IMG/VR virus record: IMGVR_UViG_3300011443_000038
Location: 1 to 33,949 of that record
Reading direction: 5' to 3' (one strand)
Length of the DNA stretch: 33,949 nucleotides
Source: a virus
Lineage: Duplodnaviria > Caudoviricetes
This document shows positions 14,072 to 22,285 of this stretch, piece by piece (positions within the stretch are counted from its first letter, which is position 1; every line of letters begins with the position of its first letter). The notes beneath the pieces were generated by a model. That model did not search any database, was not told the DNA's origin, and was given only the letters and a program-made list of their open reading frames with translations. Position numbers and translations under genes: made by a program.

Positions 14072-14600
14072 CGATCTGATGCAGCTTTTGGGTGGTGATC
14101 CGGTGCGCTCGGCGTTTGACGAGACCTTGCGGCAATACCCGATCCTGGGGCGCTACGGCGTTACCGGCGCTCAAAGTGAGCGGCCGATGATGGAGAGTTG
14201 GCCGGCAAACGAGCCGGGCGGCCCCGGTTGGCCGCGGCCGGCGCAGATCCCGATGGATCGATTTGGGGTCGAGTATCGGCAACAGGACCGGCCGCTCGAT
14301 ATCCTGGGCGATGCGACATCGCATTATCTGACGCAGGCCGATCCTGTGGTTGGTGACTATTACCGTAATTTCACCGGCTCGCTCGACGACAGTCAGCGGC
14401 AGCGCCTCGCCGAGCAATATCGGCATGCGGTCGGGGAGGGCGAGACGCGGCCTTACGCGCAATGGGAAGAGCGCAGTGGCTTGCCGGCGTATTTCCGGGG
14501 CTATCCGTTCCAGCAGTGGCCGGATGACTTCAATGCTCGCGCTTACACCGACCGGCAGCGATCCAGCCTTGATCGGATGATGGAATACCTGCGGCGATGA
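14058..14600 (+). CDS. Hypothetical protein (MPALDDLMQLLGG...)
   Basis: ATG at 14058 overlapping the portal end; ATGA coupling to the next gene. Confidence 0.7.
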   Translation: MPALDDLMQLLGGDPVRSAFDETLRQYPILGRYGVTGAQSERPMMESWPANEPGGPGWPRPAQIPMDRFGVEYRQQDRPLDILGDATSHYLTQADPVVGDYYRNFTGSLDDSQRQRLAEQYRHAVGEGETRPYAQWEERSGLPAYFRGYPFQQWPDDFNARAYTDRQRSSLDRMMEYLRR

Positions 14601-14830
14601 ACGTCGTCACCCTCGACGCGGCGGCCGAGCGCGACATCCCGCGCCAGCTGCGCGAATTGGCCGGCGATATCGAGGACGGCCACCACCCGGACCTGCAGTT
14701 CATCGTCGCGGTTCTGGTTCACCCGGGTGCGCGGGTCGAGGTGCGCGGCTGGGGCGATTGTTCGGCGATCGAGGCAATCGGCGCCCTGGCGCGCGGGATG
14801 CTGCTCGGTGCGGAATCACATGGCCGATAG
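14597..14830 (+). CDS. Hypothetical protein (77 aa)
   Basis: Coupled ORF with globular composition. Confidence 0.65.
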   Translation: MNVVTLDAAAERDIPRQLRELAGDIEDGHHPDLQFIVAVLVHPGARVEVRGWGDCSAIEAIGALARGMLLGAESHGR

Positions 14831-15158
14831 TTCGCGGCAGAATTGGATGGAGTGGCTGGGGTGGTGCCGTATCCGGCCGGCAGCATGGCGCTCCAGCCTG
14901 CCCTTGCCCGAGCAGCCCAAGCTTGGCGCCGACGCCAGGCGCCTGCTCGACGACCCGGTGCTGGTCGAGGCGCTCGACCGGATCGAGGCGCGGTTACTGG
15001 AAACCTGGCGCGGCAGCGAGGCGCTCGACGAGGCGGGTCGCGAGGCTTGTTTCCGGATGACCTGGGCGATCCGCGAGTTCCGGGCCGAATTGCGGCGCAT
15101 GCTGGGCGACAGCCGGATGCTGGAGCGGGAACGTGAACGCCAACGGGCAAACCAATAA
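14820..15158 (+). CDS. Small helical head-module protein
   Basis: GADARRLLDDPVLVEALDRIE...WR.S...REACF pattern typical of the gene between portal and scaffold in podoviruses. Confidence 0.7.
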   Translation: MADSSRQNWMEWLGWCRIRPAAWRSSLPLPEQPKLGADARRLLDDPVLVEALDRIEARLLETWRGSEALDEAGREACFRMTWAIREFRAELRRMLGDSRMLERERERQRANQ

Positions 15159-15327
15159 GGACTGGCTGGTCTCGATCGTCCGGTCGGTGGTGTCGGATGT
15201 CGAGCATGTCGGCCGGGTGTCGGACGAAACGCTGGCGGAGGCCAGGGCCGTGTTGTCCGAGGTGATCAAGCATAAAGACCCGGCCAATGTGAAGCGGGCC
15301 GCCGGTAGGCGGCGGCTGGGCCTCTAA
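15133..15327 (+). CDS. Hypothetical protein (64 aa)
   Basis: GTG start with GGAG upstream; fills the gap before the scaffold leader. Confidence 0.45.
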   Translation: MNANGQTNKDWLVSIVRSVVSDVEHVGRVSDETLAEARAVLSEVIKHKDPANVKRAAGRRRLGL

Positions 15328-15354
15328 CCCTACAAAGCGAACATAGCGAACAAG

Positions 15355-15382
15355 CCAGCGCCGTGACGGCGCCGGCCCTCCC
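15355..15382 (+). promoter_or_regulatory. Leader hairpin motif, copy 1 (before scaffold gene)
   Basis: CCAGCGCCGTGACGGCGCCGGCCCTCCC; stem GCGCCG/CGGCGC; 25/28 identical to copy 2. Confidence 0.75.
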
Positions 15383-15393
15383 AGAGATGGAAG

Positions 15394-16461
15394 ATGAGCG
15401 ACACACCAGTTAATGGCGTCGAACGCCCGGCTCCCCCGCGGGAGATGAGCGAGCAGGAGGTGATGGACGGCATCGAGGGCTTGCTGGACGAGCGCCCGCG
15501 CCGCCGGCCCCCTACGCCGGAACCGCCTCCTGCAGCGCAGCCAGAGGCGGCCACAGAGGATACCGGGGACGACCCGGTTGCCGGCCCGGAAGATCCGGTC
15601 ACCGGCGATGAGGAGGAGGACAGTCCACCCGATACTGGCGAAGACGGCGCCGAGGACGCCGACGAGCCGCAGGGAATTGAGCCGCCTAAAGGATGGAGCC
15701 GAGAAGACCAGGCCGTATTCCAGCAGCTCCCACCCGAGGCCCAGGCTGTCATAGCCCGGCGGGAGAGCGAGAGGGACAAGGCTTTTCACCAGAAGACCGA
15801 AGAAGTCGCCCACACCCGTAAAGCGGTCGAGGCGACCATTGTCGAACTGCAAAGCGAGCGTCAGGGGTACGCCCAGAACCTTCAGCAGCTTTTGTTCGTC
15901 GCCGCGCCCGAAGCTCAGCGCTTCCAAAATGTCGACTGGCAGCGTTTGGCCCAGGAGCAGCCTGCCGAGTATGTGAGGCTTTCTGCCGAAAGGGACGCAT
16001 TGCGCGGCCGGATCGGCGGCATTCAGCAGGAATTGCAGCGCGTCCACGAACAGATGAGCCACGATCAGGTGCAGCAGTTCCAGGCCACCAAGGCGCAGAA
16101 CTGGCAAATGCTGGTCGAAGCCTCACCGGATTTTGCGGACCCGCAAAAAGGCCCCCGCAAAGCCGCCGAGATGAGGCAGTGGCTCACCGGCAAAGGCTTC
16201 TCCGAAGCCGAGATCAGCCAGGTGGTCGACGCCAGGGTAATCCTGGTGGTCGAAGAAGCGATGAAGGCGGAACGCCCTCGTGTCGCACGCCAGGAAGCCC
16301 AAACCAAAAGAACGCCGGCCCAGGCCCCCAGCCATCAACCGCCGGCCGCGAGGCAGCGGTCCGACAGCCGGGCCAGTCAACGGCGCGAGCAGAAAATGGC
16401 GGCCCTGAAACGCTCCGGTAGCCAGCAGGACGCGATCAGCTACCTGCTGGAAGTGCTCTAG
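15394..16461 (+). CDS. Capsid scaffolding protein
   Basis: Acidic Pro-rich N-terminus, PPKGWS, FHQKTEEVA, DWQRLAQEQPAEY, C-terminal LKRSGSQQDAISYL; directly upstream of capsid. Confidence 0.85.
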   Translation: MSDTPVNGVERPAPPREMSEQEVMDGIEGLLDERPRRRPPTPEPPPAAQPEAATEDTGDDPVAGPEDPVTGDEEEDSPPDTGEDGAEDADEPQGIEPPKGWSREDQAVFQQLPPEAQAVIARRESERDKAFHQKTEEVAHTRKAVEATIVELQSERQGYAQNLQQLLFVAAPEAQRFQNVDWQRLAQEQPAEYVRLSAERDALRGRIGGIQQELQRVHEQMSHDQVQQFQATKAQNWQMLVEASPDFADPQKGPRKAAEMRQWLTGKGFSEAEISQVVDARVILVVEEAMKAERPRVARQEAQTKRTPAQAPSHQPPAARQRSDSRASQRREQKMAALKRSGSQQDAISYLLEVL

Positions 16462-16474
16462 CCAAACCATCCCA

Positions 16475-16502
16475 CCAGCGTCGTGACGACGCCGGCCTTC
16501 CC
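16475..16502 (+). promoter_or_regulatory. Leader hairpin motif, copy 2 (before capsid gene)
   Basis: CCAGCGTCGTGACGACGCCGGCCTTCCC; stem GCGTCG/CGACGC. Confidence 0.75.
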
Positions 16503-16523
16503 TCTCGATGGAGTTTTTTCCTC

Positions 16524-17480
16524 ATGGCGATCATTACCGGCACTGCGACGACGTTCGCGGGCTCTCCAGGCATACAGGGCCTTCGCGAAGACTTGAGTGA
16601 TTTTATCTACAATTTGTCGCCTTCGGACACGCCCTTTACCTCCAATGTGGGGCGAGGTACTGCTGATGCTGTTTACCACGAATGGCAAGTGGATTCGTTG
16701 GCAGCGGCAGATACTGCAAACGCCCAATTTCAGGGCGACGATATATCCACATTTACTCCAGCTAGTGTTACATCGAGGCTGGGGAATAGAACACAAATAT
16801 CTAGAAAAGAATGCATAGTCTCAGGAACACTTGATGCCGTGAACAAAGCCGGCCGGCGCACAGAGCTGGCCTACCAGATGACCAAGCGAGCCAAGGAACT
16901 CAAGATCGACATCGAGGCGATCTTGCTATCCAACCAAGCGAAGGTTACCGGAGCTGCTGCTACCGCGCCTAAACTTGCTTCGGTGCTGTCGTGGATCAAA
17001 ACTAACGTCAGCCATGTCGGGACCAACCCGACGGGGGACGGCAGCGATGCCAGGGTGGACGGCACGCAGCGGGCATTTACCGAGGCCATGTTGAAGACCG
17101 TGATGGCGTCGGTTTATACCAACTCGAGTGAAGACCTCGACGTGCTGATGGTGGGTGCCAGCAACAAGGCGGTTGTCTCTGGCTTCACCGGCGGTGCTCA
17201 GAAGACGGTCGATGTGATGGAGCAAAAGCTCGTAGCCACGGTGGACGTGTACGTTGGCGACTTTTCAACCGTCAGGGTTATCCCAAACAGGTTCATGCGA
17301 ACCAGGGATGCCCTTCTGCTTAACTGGAGCTATTGGTCGGTGGATTGGCTGCGCCCCATCAAGCAGATTGAACTCGCCAAAACCGGGGACGCCGAAAAGA
17401 GGCTCTTGATCGGCGAGTACACCTTGACGGCGAAGAACGAGAAAAGCTCGGGTTTGATCGCCGATCTTACGACGCCGTAA
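16524..17480 (+). CDS. Major capsid protein (DUF5309/SU10-like)
   Basis: GLREDLSDFIYNLSPSDTPF, HEWQVDSL, RLGNRTQI, KELKIDIE, LAKTGDAEK...EYTL. Confidence 0.92.
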   Translation: MAIITGTATTFAGSPGIQGLREDLSDFIYNLSPSDTPFTSNVGRGTADAVYHEWQVDSLAAADTANAQFQGDDISTFTPASVTSRLGNRTQISRKECIVSGTLDAVNKAGRRTELAYQMTKRAKELKIDIEAILLSNQAKVTGAAATAPKLASVLSWIKTNVSHVGTNPTGDGSDARVDGTQRAFTEAMLKTVMASVYTNSSEDLDVLMVGASNKAVVSGFTGGAQKTVDVMEQKLVATVDVYVGDFSTVRVIPNRFMRTRDALLLNWSYWSVDWLRPIKQIELAKTGDAEKRLLIGEYTLTAKNEKSSGLIADLTTP

Positions 17481-17499
17481 ACCTCCGGCGCTCACACAC

Positions 17500-17525
17500 A
17501 GGCGGTCCTTCGGGGCCGCCTTTTT
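17500..17525 (+). terminator. Rho-independent terminator after capsid gene
   Basis: GGCGGTCC-TTCG-GGGCCGCC stem (one G:U) with cUUCGg loop followed by TTTTT. Confidence 0.88.
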
Positions 17526-17541
17526 CTCCGGGTAGTAACCA

Positions 17542-17856
17542 ATGACCGAATACCTGCTCGAGCGGCACCCGGACGGGACTTACGAGACGTTCGAGTGCGA
17601 CGAGGCGACGGGCGACATCACCGTGCGCCGCTGGGCCGATGTACAACCGACGATCGACGCCAACAAGGCGGCTCACCTCGACGGCGACGGCAAAGGCAAG
17701 TTCGCCTGGCATGCCGCCTCGATCCCCGAGGCTGTCGCGCTGCAGTGGAAGGCCGAGGGCATCGACTGCTGGCGGGCCGACCACTGGCCGGATGTGAAGA
17801 GGCGTTTAAACGATCCCGATTGGCGGTATTTGCGCCCATCCACTTTCAGGCTTTAG
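17542..17856 (+). CDS. Hypothetical head-tail region protein
   Basis: DVQPTIDANK ... HAASIP ... RLNDPDWRYLR pattern common just after the capsid gene in such phages. Confidence 0.75.
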   Translation: MTEYLLERHPDGTYETFECDEATGDITVRRWADVQPTIDANKAAHLDGDGKGKFAWHAASIPEAVALQWKAEGIDCWRADHWPDVKRRLNDPDWRYLRPSTFRL

Positions 17857-17859
17857 CTC

Positions 17860-20800
17860 ATGGCGCTCGATACCTACACCAATCTTCAGACGGCTGTCCT
17901 TCAGGGTCTGGCGCGGCCCGGCGACCCGTTGGTCGCCCCCGCCCTCCCCGACATGATCCGGCTGTTCGAGATCGAGGCGAAGCGCCGGTTGAAGACCGGC
18001 GGCAGCGAAACCGTGACCCTTATAAATACGGTGGCGGGTCAGGCGACCATCGTGATGCCCGCTGATTGCGGCGAGGTTCGCGCCGCCGACATCATGTCTA
18101 CCGGGCTCACCGACGTCGAGCCGCTGCAATACCTCTCGCCGCAAAGCAGCAGCGTCGGCCTCAATGTCAGCGGCCGGCCGCGCTTCTATACGTTGAGCGG
18201 CAGCAGCGACAAGGTCGGCGCTGTGATGCGCCTCGTCCCGGTGCCCGACGCCGTCTACACGGTGGCGATCGACTACCTCTCCGATCTGCCGCCGCTGACC
18301 GAGGCCAATCAGTCGAACTGGCTCCTGCGCAGCAACCCGGACCTCTACTATTTCGGAGCCCTGGTCGAGGCCGAGATGTATGTCGGCCACGACGAGCGGG
18401 TGACCATGTGGCTGCAACGACGCGATCTGGCGTTCGCCGCTCTCGAAAAAGCCGACATCAAAGCAAGGTGGGCGGGGCCGCTACAGCTACGGGTTGACGC
18501 CATCACGACGGGCGGTTTCGGCAGGGGCACCAGTTCCTCTGGTGGAGGAAACGGCAACGGGGGAACCGGCGTGGCTTATCTTGACGATCTTTTGGATGTC
18601 GATACGACCGGCGTTACTCCCGGCATGGTGTTGACCTACGCCGCCCCTAATTGGGTGGCGGCGACGCCAGCGGCCACCGGGGCGAACGCGCCGATAATTG
18701 CCGATGGCGGGTTCCTCGCCCGCTCGCCGTCCGCGCGCGCCGCCGATGCCATCAACATCAAGGACTACTCGCCGGGCAACAATATTGCCGATGCGGCTGG
18801 TATCGAGGGGTGGGCTGCTGAACTGGCGTCCGGGTACACCCACAACAACAGCTCGATGCCGGCTATTACCGCGCGCGGCGGCTACATCCCCGGCGGGACA
18901 TGGGACGCCGGAACGCCGATTACGATTGGCTCCGGCGCATTTGGCTATTCGTTGTTTGGCGACGGGCAGATTTCTCTGCTCAAGAACGTCACGCTCGAGT
19001 CGATGCACGTCAATGTGCGTTTCAGGGACTTGGCGATTGTCGGCAACGGCACCGGCAAGGGGTTGGATATTCGTTCGTCCAACCTTCTCGCGCTCAATCT
19101 CGACATACAAAATCAAGATGTTGCCATCACCAGCGCACGCGGGTCTGCGCCGGGCATCATTGCGCCAAATAATACTGTAGCGTTTGGATCGCTGCGCGAT
19201 AGCCGCATCGGCGTGACGGCCTACAATGCCGATCTGCGCCTCATGTTCATGCGCTCTGCCTTTTTGCGGGAGTGCGGCATTGATTTCCGGGACAACGGCG
19301 GCAGTCATTTCCTTGGCAACAACATTTATTGCGATGGCGGCCCCTCCATCAGGTGGACTGGCGGGAGCAACATATTCACCGGCAATACCACGATCGGTCA
19401 GTTTGTAATTACCAACATCAGCAGTTTTGCATTTTATACAGTAGACGATCTCATCGTAAGTACCAACAATCTTCCTAGTGCTACTCGCATTACCGCTATC
19501 GACCAGGCAGCCGGCACTATCACGGTTGATCGTGCAGCTCTCCTTACTACTGTCGGAGCAGTGCTCAACGTTACGCGCGTCCCCATCGAAAGCTTCTACG
19601 TCAACAACACCTTCAATTCCGGTCGTACCGACCGCGTTGAGTTTTCGATTGCCAGCATTCGCGCGGTTAACCCGGCTGTCCCCAGTGCGGGTATCCGGGT
19701 GGTGACCACTACCCAGAACTTCAAGCTGGCGCTTGGCACCAACCGTATCCGGTTCAGGGACACGGGCAACACCATTTACAACGACGACGCCGAAGCAACG
19801 ACGCGTTGGGTCACGGCGATCGAGAACTGGAATACCGTTGTCCTCAACGTGCCATATGCCGGTGACGTTACCGGCGTCGGCAAGCTGTTGTGTAACAATT
19901 ACGACGGGGAAATTCACACTGGCGACAAAAGTAATGCGATGGTGCGCGAGCATTTCTTTGTCGGTAATAACATCAATCAAACACTGTGGCAGGGCGGTAC
20001 GCAGTTCAACCTGTTCGGCACGCGGCTGAACGGGCGTATTACATTCGACGGATTTCGACCGTTTCGCGGCAACGTAGCAAATGGCAGCAAGATCGTCACC
20101 GGCATCTACGGCATCAACACAAACGAAATTCGCAATGGTGTTTTGGTCCTGACTTCGACCGCGTCGTTCCCGACCGGCTCTTTCATAGAGAGTGTAGACA
20201 GCCCGACCCAGATCACGATCAACAATCCCGCGACCGAGGATGTTACCGGCGCGCTGTTCACCTCGCCGCACACGCCGAATGCATGGTTTCACGTTGGGAC
20301 TATCGATAACTCCACTACGTCGGATTTGGGAGTTGTGCAGCCCACCGGCCCCGGCTCGACAATGGGCTGGACGCAGATTTCGATGTTCCCCGACTTCAAC
20401 GCCGATTACCAGGCGACCGAGGGCGGCTACTGGGTAGGCGCGCGTGTCCCGTATACGTCGGGCGGCATGAAGGACGGCCAAGCCCAGTATCTCAACGAGA
20501 TTGGCCCGACCAACACCGGCATCCACATCAGGTCGAACAGCGTCAAACATTTTTTACGCGGCAGTGAGTGGGTGTTGGACGACAATCGCAATTTCGAGGT
20601 GATCTCGATCGCCACCGCAAATTCCGGTGCCAGTATCCTGCTCACGCTGAGGCACACCTGTCCACTTATTGCCGGCGTCGATCGTGTCTACCTCACAGGC
20701 ACTACCGTTGTCGGGTACGACAACGTGGAAGCCGTTGTCGAAGCAAAGCCTCGGGCTGACCAGATACAGCTTCCGATTGCATTGGTGACCGTACTTGCGA

Positions 20801-21747
20801 CCGCTCTAGTCAACGACCTGCGCTACAACATCGTCACGGTAGGTACGACCGATTGGACATTAGTTGGCGCAGCTTCCAATACAGTCGGCATTACCTTTAT
20901 CGCATCTAATGTTGGCTTAGGCACGGGCAGTGGAACAGCCAGTATCAATCCAACCGGTACGCTGAACACCGACGCCTCGCTCATCGTATTCCGCGAAGGC
21001 TTTCTGGCTAACGAACTGGGCGCGCCGAGTGGTGTCGGCGTGCGTATCCGGTCCTCCGGTCGCCCGATGGTGATGGAGGCCCGCGCTTACCGTAACAATG
21101 GCGGGACTATTTACGGCAACTCGATGTTCCGCTGGCGTGCGCCGAGACTCGGAACATTGGAAGACGATACGGCTCCCGGTGGAGCCTTCGCCGTGCTGCC
21201 CGGTAACAGTGCTGACAACACAGTCCGCTTTTTCCTCGGCGCGACTAATTCAGCGGTCGATCTTACTGGCGATGCTGCTTCTATTAAGGCGTTGAGTACC
21301 GGGAAGTTTGAAATACAAAACAACGGTGCTTTCAGCGGATACTACGGTAGCGAAGACCCGTGGCTCAGCTTTTCTCGCACCAGCAGCAGCTACCTTGGCT
21401 GGACAACAAATGCAGCTAGTCGCTTAATTTATTCAAACGACGACACGGGTAATGCTGCCACGGCTAACATCGAAGTTCGTCAATCGTCGGCTTCGCTACT
21501 AACTGCGGTGCGGATGACCGTCTACAGTACCGGCTTCGCATCGGTTGCCCCGGCAGCATACGCCGATGGCGGCGCGGTTTACTCCGATGCGGGGCTGAGT
21601 GCCGGTCTTACGGTGGCGGCGCTTGCCGGCAACCTTCGCCTAGTGTCCTCGGCGGGGAATATCACTGTTACCGGCATTCCTGGCGCTGACCCTGGCGTTC
21701 CCGGCGCGCTGTATCACACAGCCGGCGCGGTCAGGGTTTCGATCTAA
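17860..21747 (+). CDS. Head-tail adaptor fused to tailspike/depolymerase-like beta-helix (1295 aa)
   Basis: Residues ~1-212: TYTNLQTAV, GRPRFY, PVPDAVY, NWLLRSNPDLYYFGALVEA (adaptor); Gly linker; LDDLLDV..G.VLTY...W; INIKDY...YIPGGTW...LFGDG (tailspike start). Confidence 0.8.
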   Translation: MALDTYTNLQTAVLQGLARPGDPLVAPALPDMIRLFEIEAKRRLKTGGSETVTLINTVAGQATIVMPADCGEVRAADIMSTGLTDVEPLQYLSPQSSSVGLNVSGRPRFYTLSGSSDKVGAVMRLVPVPDAVYTVAIDYLSDLPPLTEANQSNWLLRSNPDLYYFGALVEAEMYVGHDERVTMWLQRRDLAFAALEKADIKARWAGPLQLRVDAITTGGFGRGTSSSGGGNGNGGTGVAYLDDLLDVDTTGVTPGMVLTYAAPNWVAATPAATGANAPIIADGGFLARSPSARAADAINIKDYSPGNNIADAAGIEGWAAELASGYTHNNSSMPAITARGGYIPGGTWDAGTPITIGSGAFGYSLFGDGQISLLKNVTLESMHVNVRFRDLAIVGNGTGKGLDIRSSNLLALNLDIQNQDVAITSARGSAPGIIAPNNTVAFGSLRDSRIGVTAYNADLRLMFMRSAFLRECGIDFRDNGGSHFLGNNIYCDGGPSIRWTGGSNIFTGNTTIGQFVITNISSFAFYTVDDLIVSTNNLPSATRITAIDQAAGTITVDRAALLTTVGAVLNVTRVPIESFYVNNTFNSGRTDRVEFSIASIRAVNPAVPSAGIRVVTTTQNFKLALGTNRIRFRDTGNTIYNDDAEATTRWVTAIENWNTVVLNVPYAGDVTGVGKLLCNNYDGEIHTGDKSNAMVREHFFVGNNINQTLWQGGTQFNLFGTRLNGRITFDGFRPFRGNVANGSKIVTGIYGINTNEIRNGVLVLTSTASFPTGSFIESVDSPTQITINNPATEDVTGALFTSPHTPNAWFHVGTIDNSTTSDLGVVQPTGPGSTMGWTQISMFPDFNADYQATEGGYWVGARVPYTSGGMKDGQAQYLNEIGPTNTGIHIRSNSVKHFLRGSEWVLDDNRNFEVISIATANSGASILLTLRHTCPLIAGVDRVYLTGTTVVGYDNVEAVVEAKPRADQIQLPIALVTVLATALVNDLRYNIVTVGTTDWTLVGAASNTVGITFIASNVGLGTGSGTASINPTGTLNTDASLIVFREGFLANELGAPSGVGVRIRSSGRPMVMEARAYRNNGGTIYGNSMFRWRAPRLGTLEDDTAPGGAFAVLPGNSADNTVRFFLGATNSAVDLTGDAASIKALSTGKFEIQNNGAFSGYYGSEDPWLSFSRTSSSYLGWTTNAASRLIYSNDDTGNAATANIEVRQSSASLLTAVRMTVYSTGFASVAPAAYADGGAVYSDAGLSAGLTVAALAGNLRLVSSAGNITVTGIPGADPGVPGALYHTAGAVRVSI

Positions 21748-21761
21748 TTGTGGGGTGGTAA

Positions 21762-21929
21762 ATGCCTGATGGAACTGAACACGAGCCGCCGCAAACCGAC
21801 TGGCAGGCGGAGTGCACGAAAGCGCAACGCGCGGCGGAGTGCTTCCGCCAGTTGTATCTCGACGCGATGGCGCAGCTCGCCGACATGCGGGTGAACTTCA
21901 CGCTGGCGCAGCAGGAGAAACGGCCATGA
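21762..21929 (+). CDS. Small helical hypothetical protein (55 aa)
   Basis: MPDGTEHEPPQTDWQAECTKAQRAAECFRQLYLDAMAQLADMRV...; ATGA overlap with the next gene; possible fibre chaperone. Confidence 0.55.
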   Translation: MPDGTEHEPPQTDWQAECTKAQRAAECFRQLYLDAMAQLADMRVNFTLAQQEKRP

Positions 21930-22282
21930 AAACGTGGCTTGCCGCCATTGTGGCGGCGGTTGCTTTGCTGGGGTTCCCTGCCCAGGCGCAGGAGAAGGCG
22001 TTTTCCGCCGGGGGGCCTACGGTTTCCCTGGCGGTCACCGGCACGACGGCGCGGGTTCAGGTGCAGACATCGCCCCCAGGCAGTCAGCACATGCGCGTCT
22101 ACAATTCCGGTACGGCGGCTGTTTTCCTCGCGTGTGGAGACGCCGCGGTAGTCGCCACCCTCGCCGCATCGATGCCGGTCGCGCCAGGGACGATTGAGAT
22201 CATCGGCTGCGGCCAGACCTATGTTGCCGGCATCGGCACGACAGCCGCCACGGTCTACATCACGCCCGGTAATGGGATCTGA
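21926..22282 (+). CDS. Signal-peptide-bearing small beta-sandwich protein
   Basis: AGGAG RBS; MKTWLAAIVAAVALLGFPAQA-Q Sec signal; MRVYNSGTAAVFL..G. Confidence 0.8.
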   Translation: MKTWLAAIVAAVALLGFPAQAQEKAFSAGGPTVSLAVTGTTARVQVQTSPPGSQHMRVYNSGTAAVFLACGDAAVVATLAASMPVAPGTIEIIGCGQTYVAGIGTTAATVYITPGNGI

Positions 22283-22285
22283 CGG

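Noticed and set aside
18487-20550. 687-aa minus-strand ORF opposite the tailspike (likewise 25197-26681, 14719-16107, 27340-28608)
   Set aside because: Antisense shadows of real genes with no domain signature or RBS, unlike the nested HNH, which has catalytic motifs
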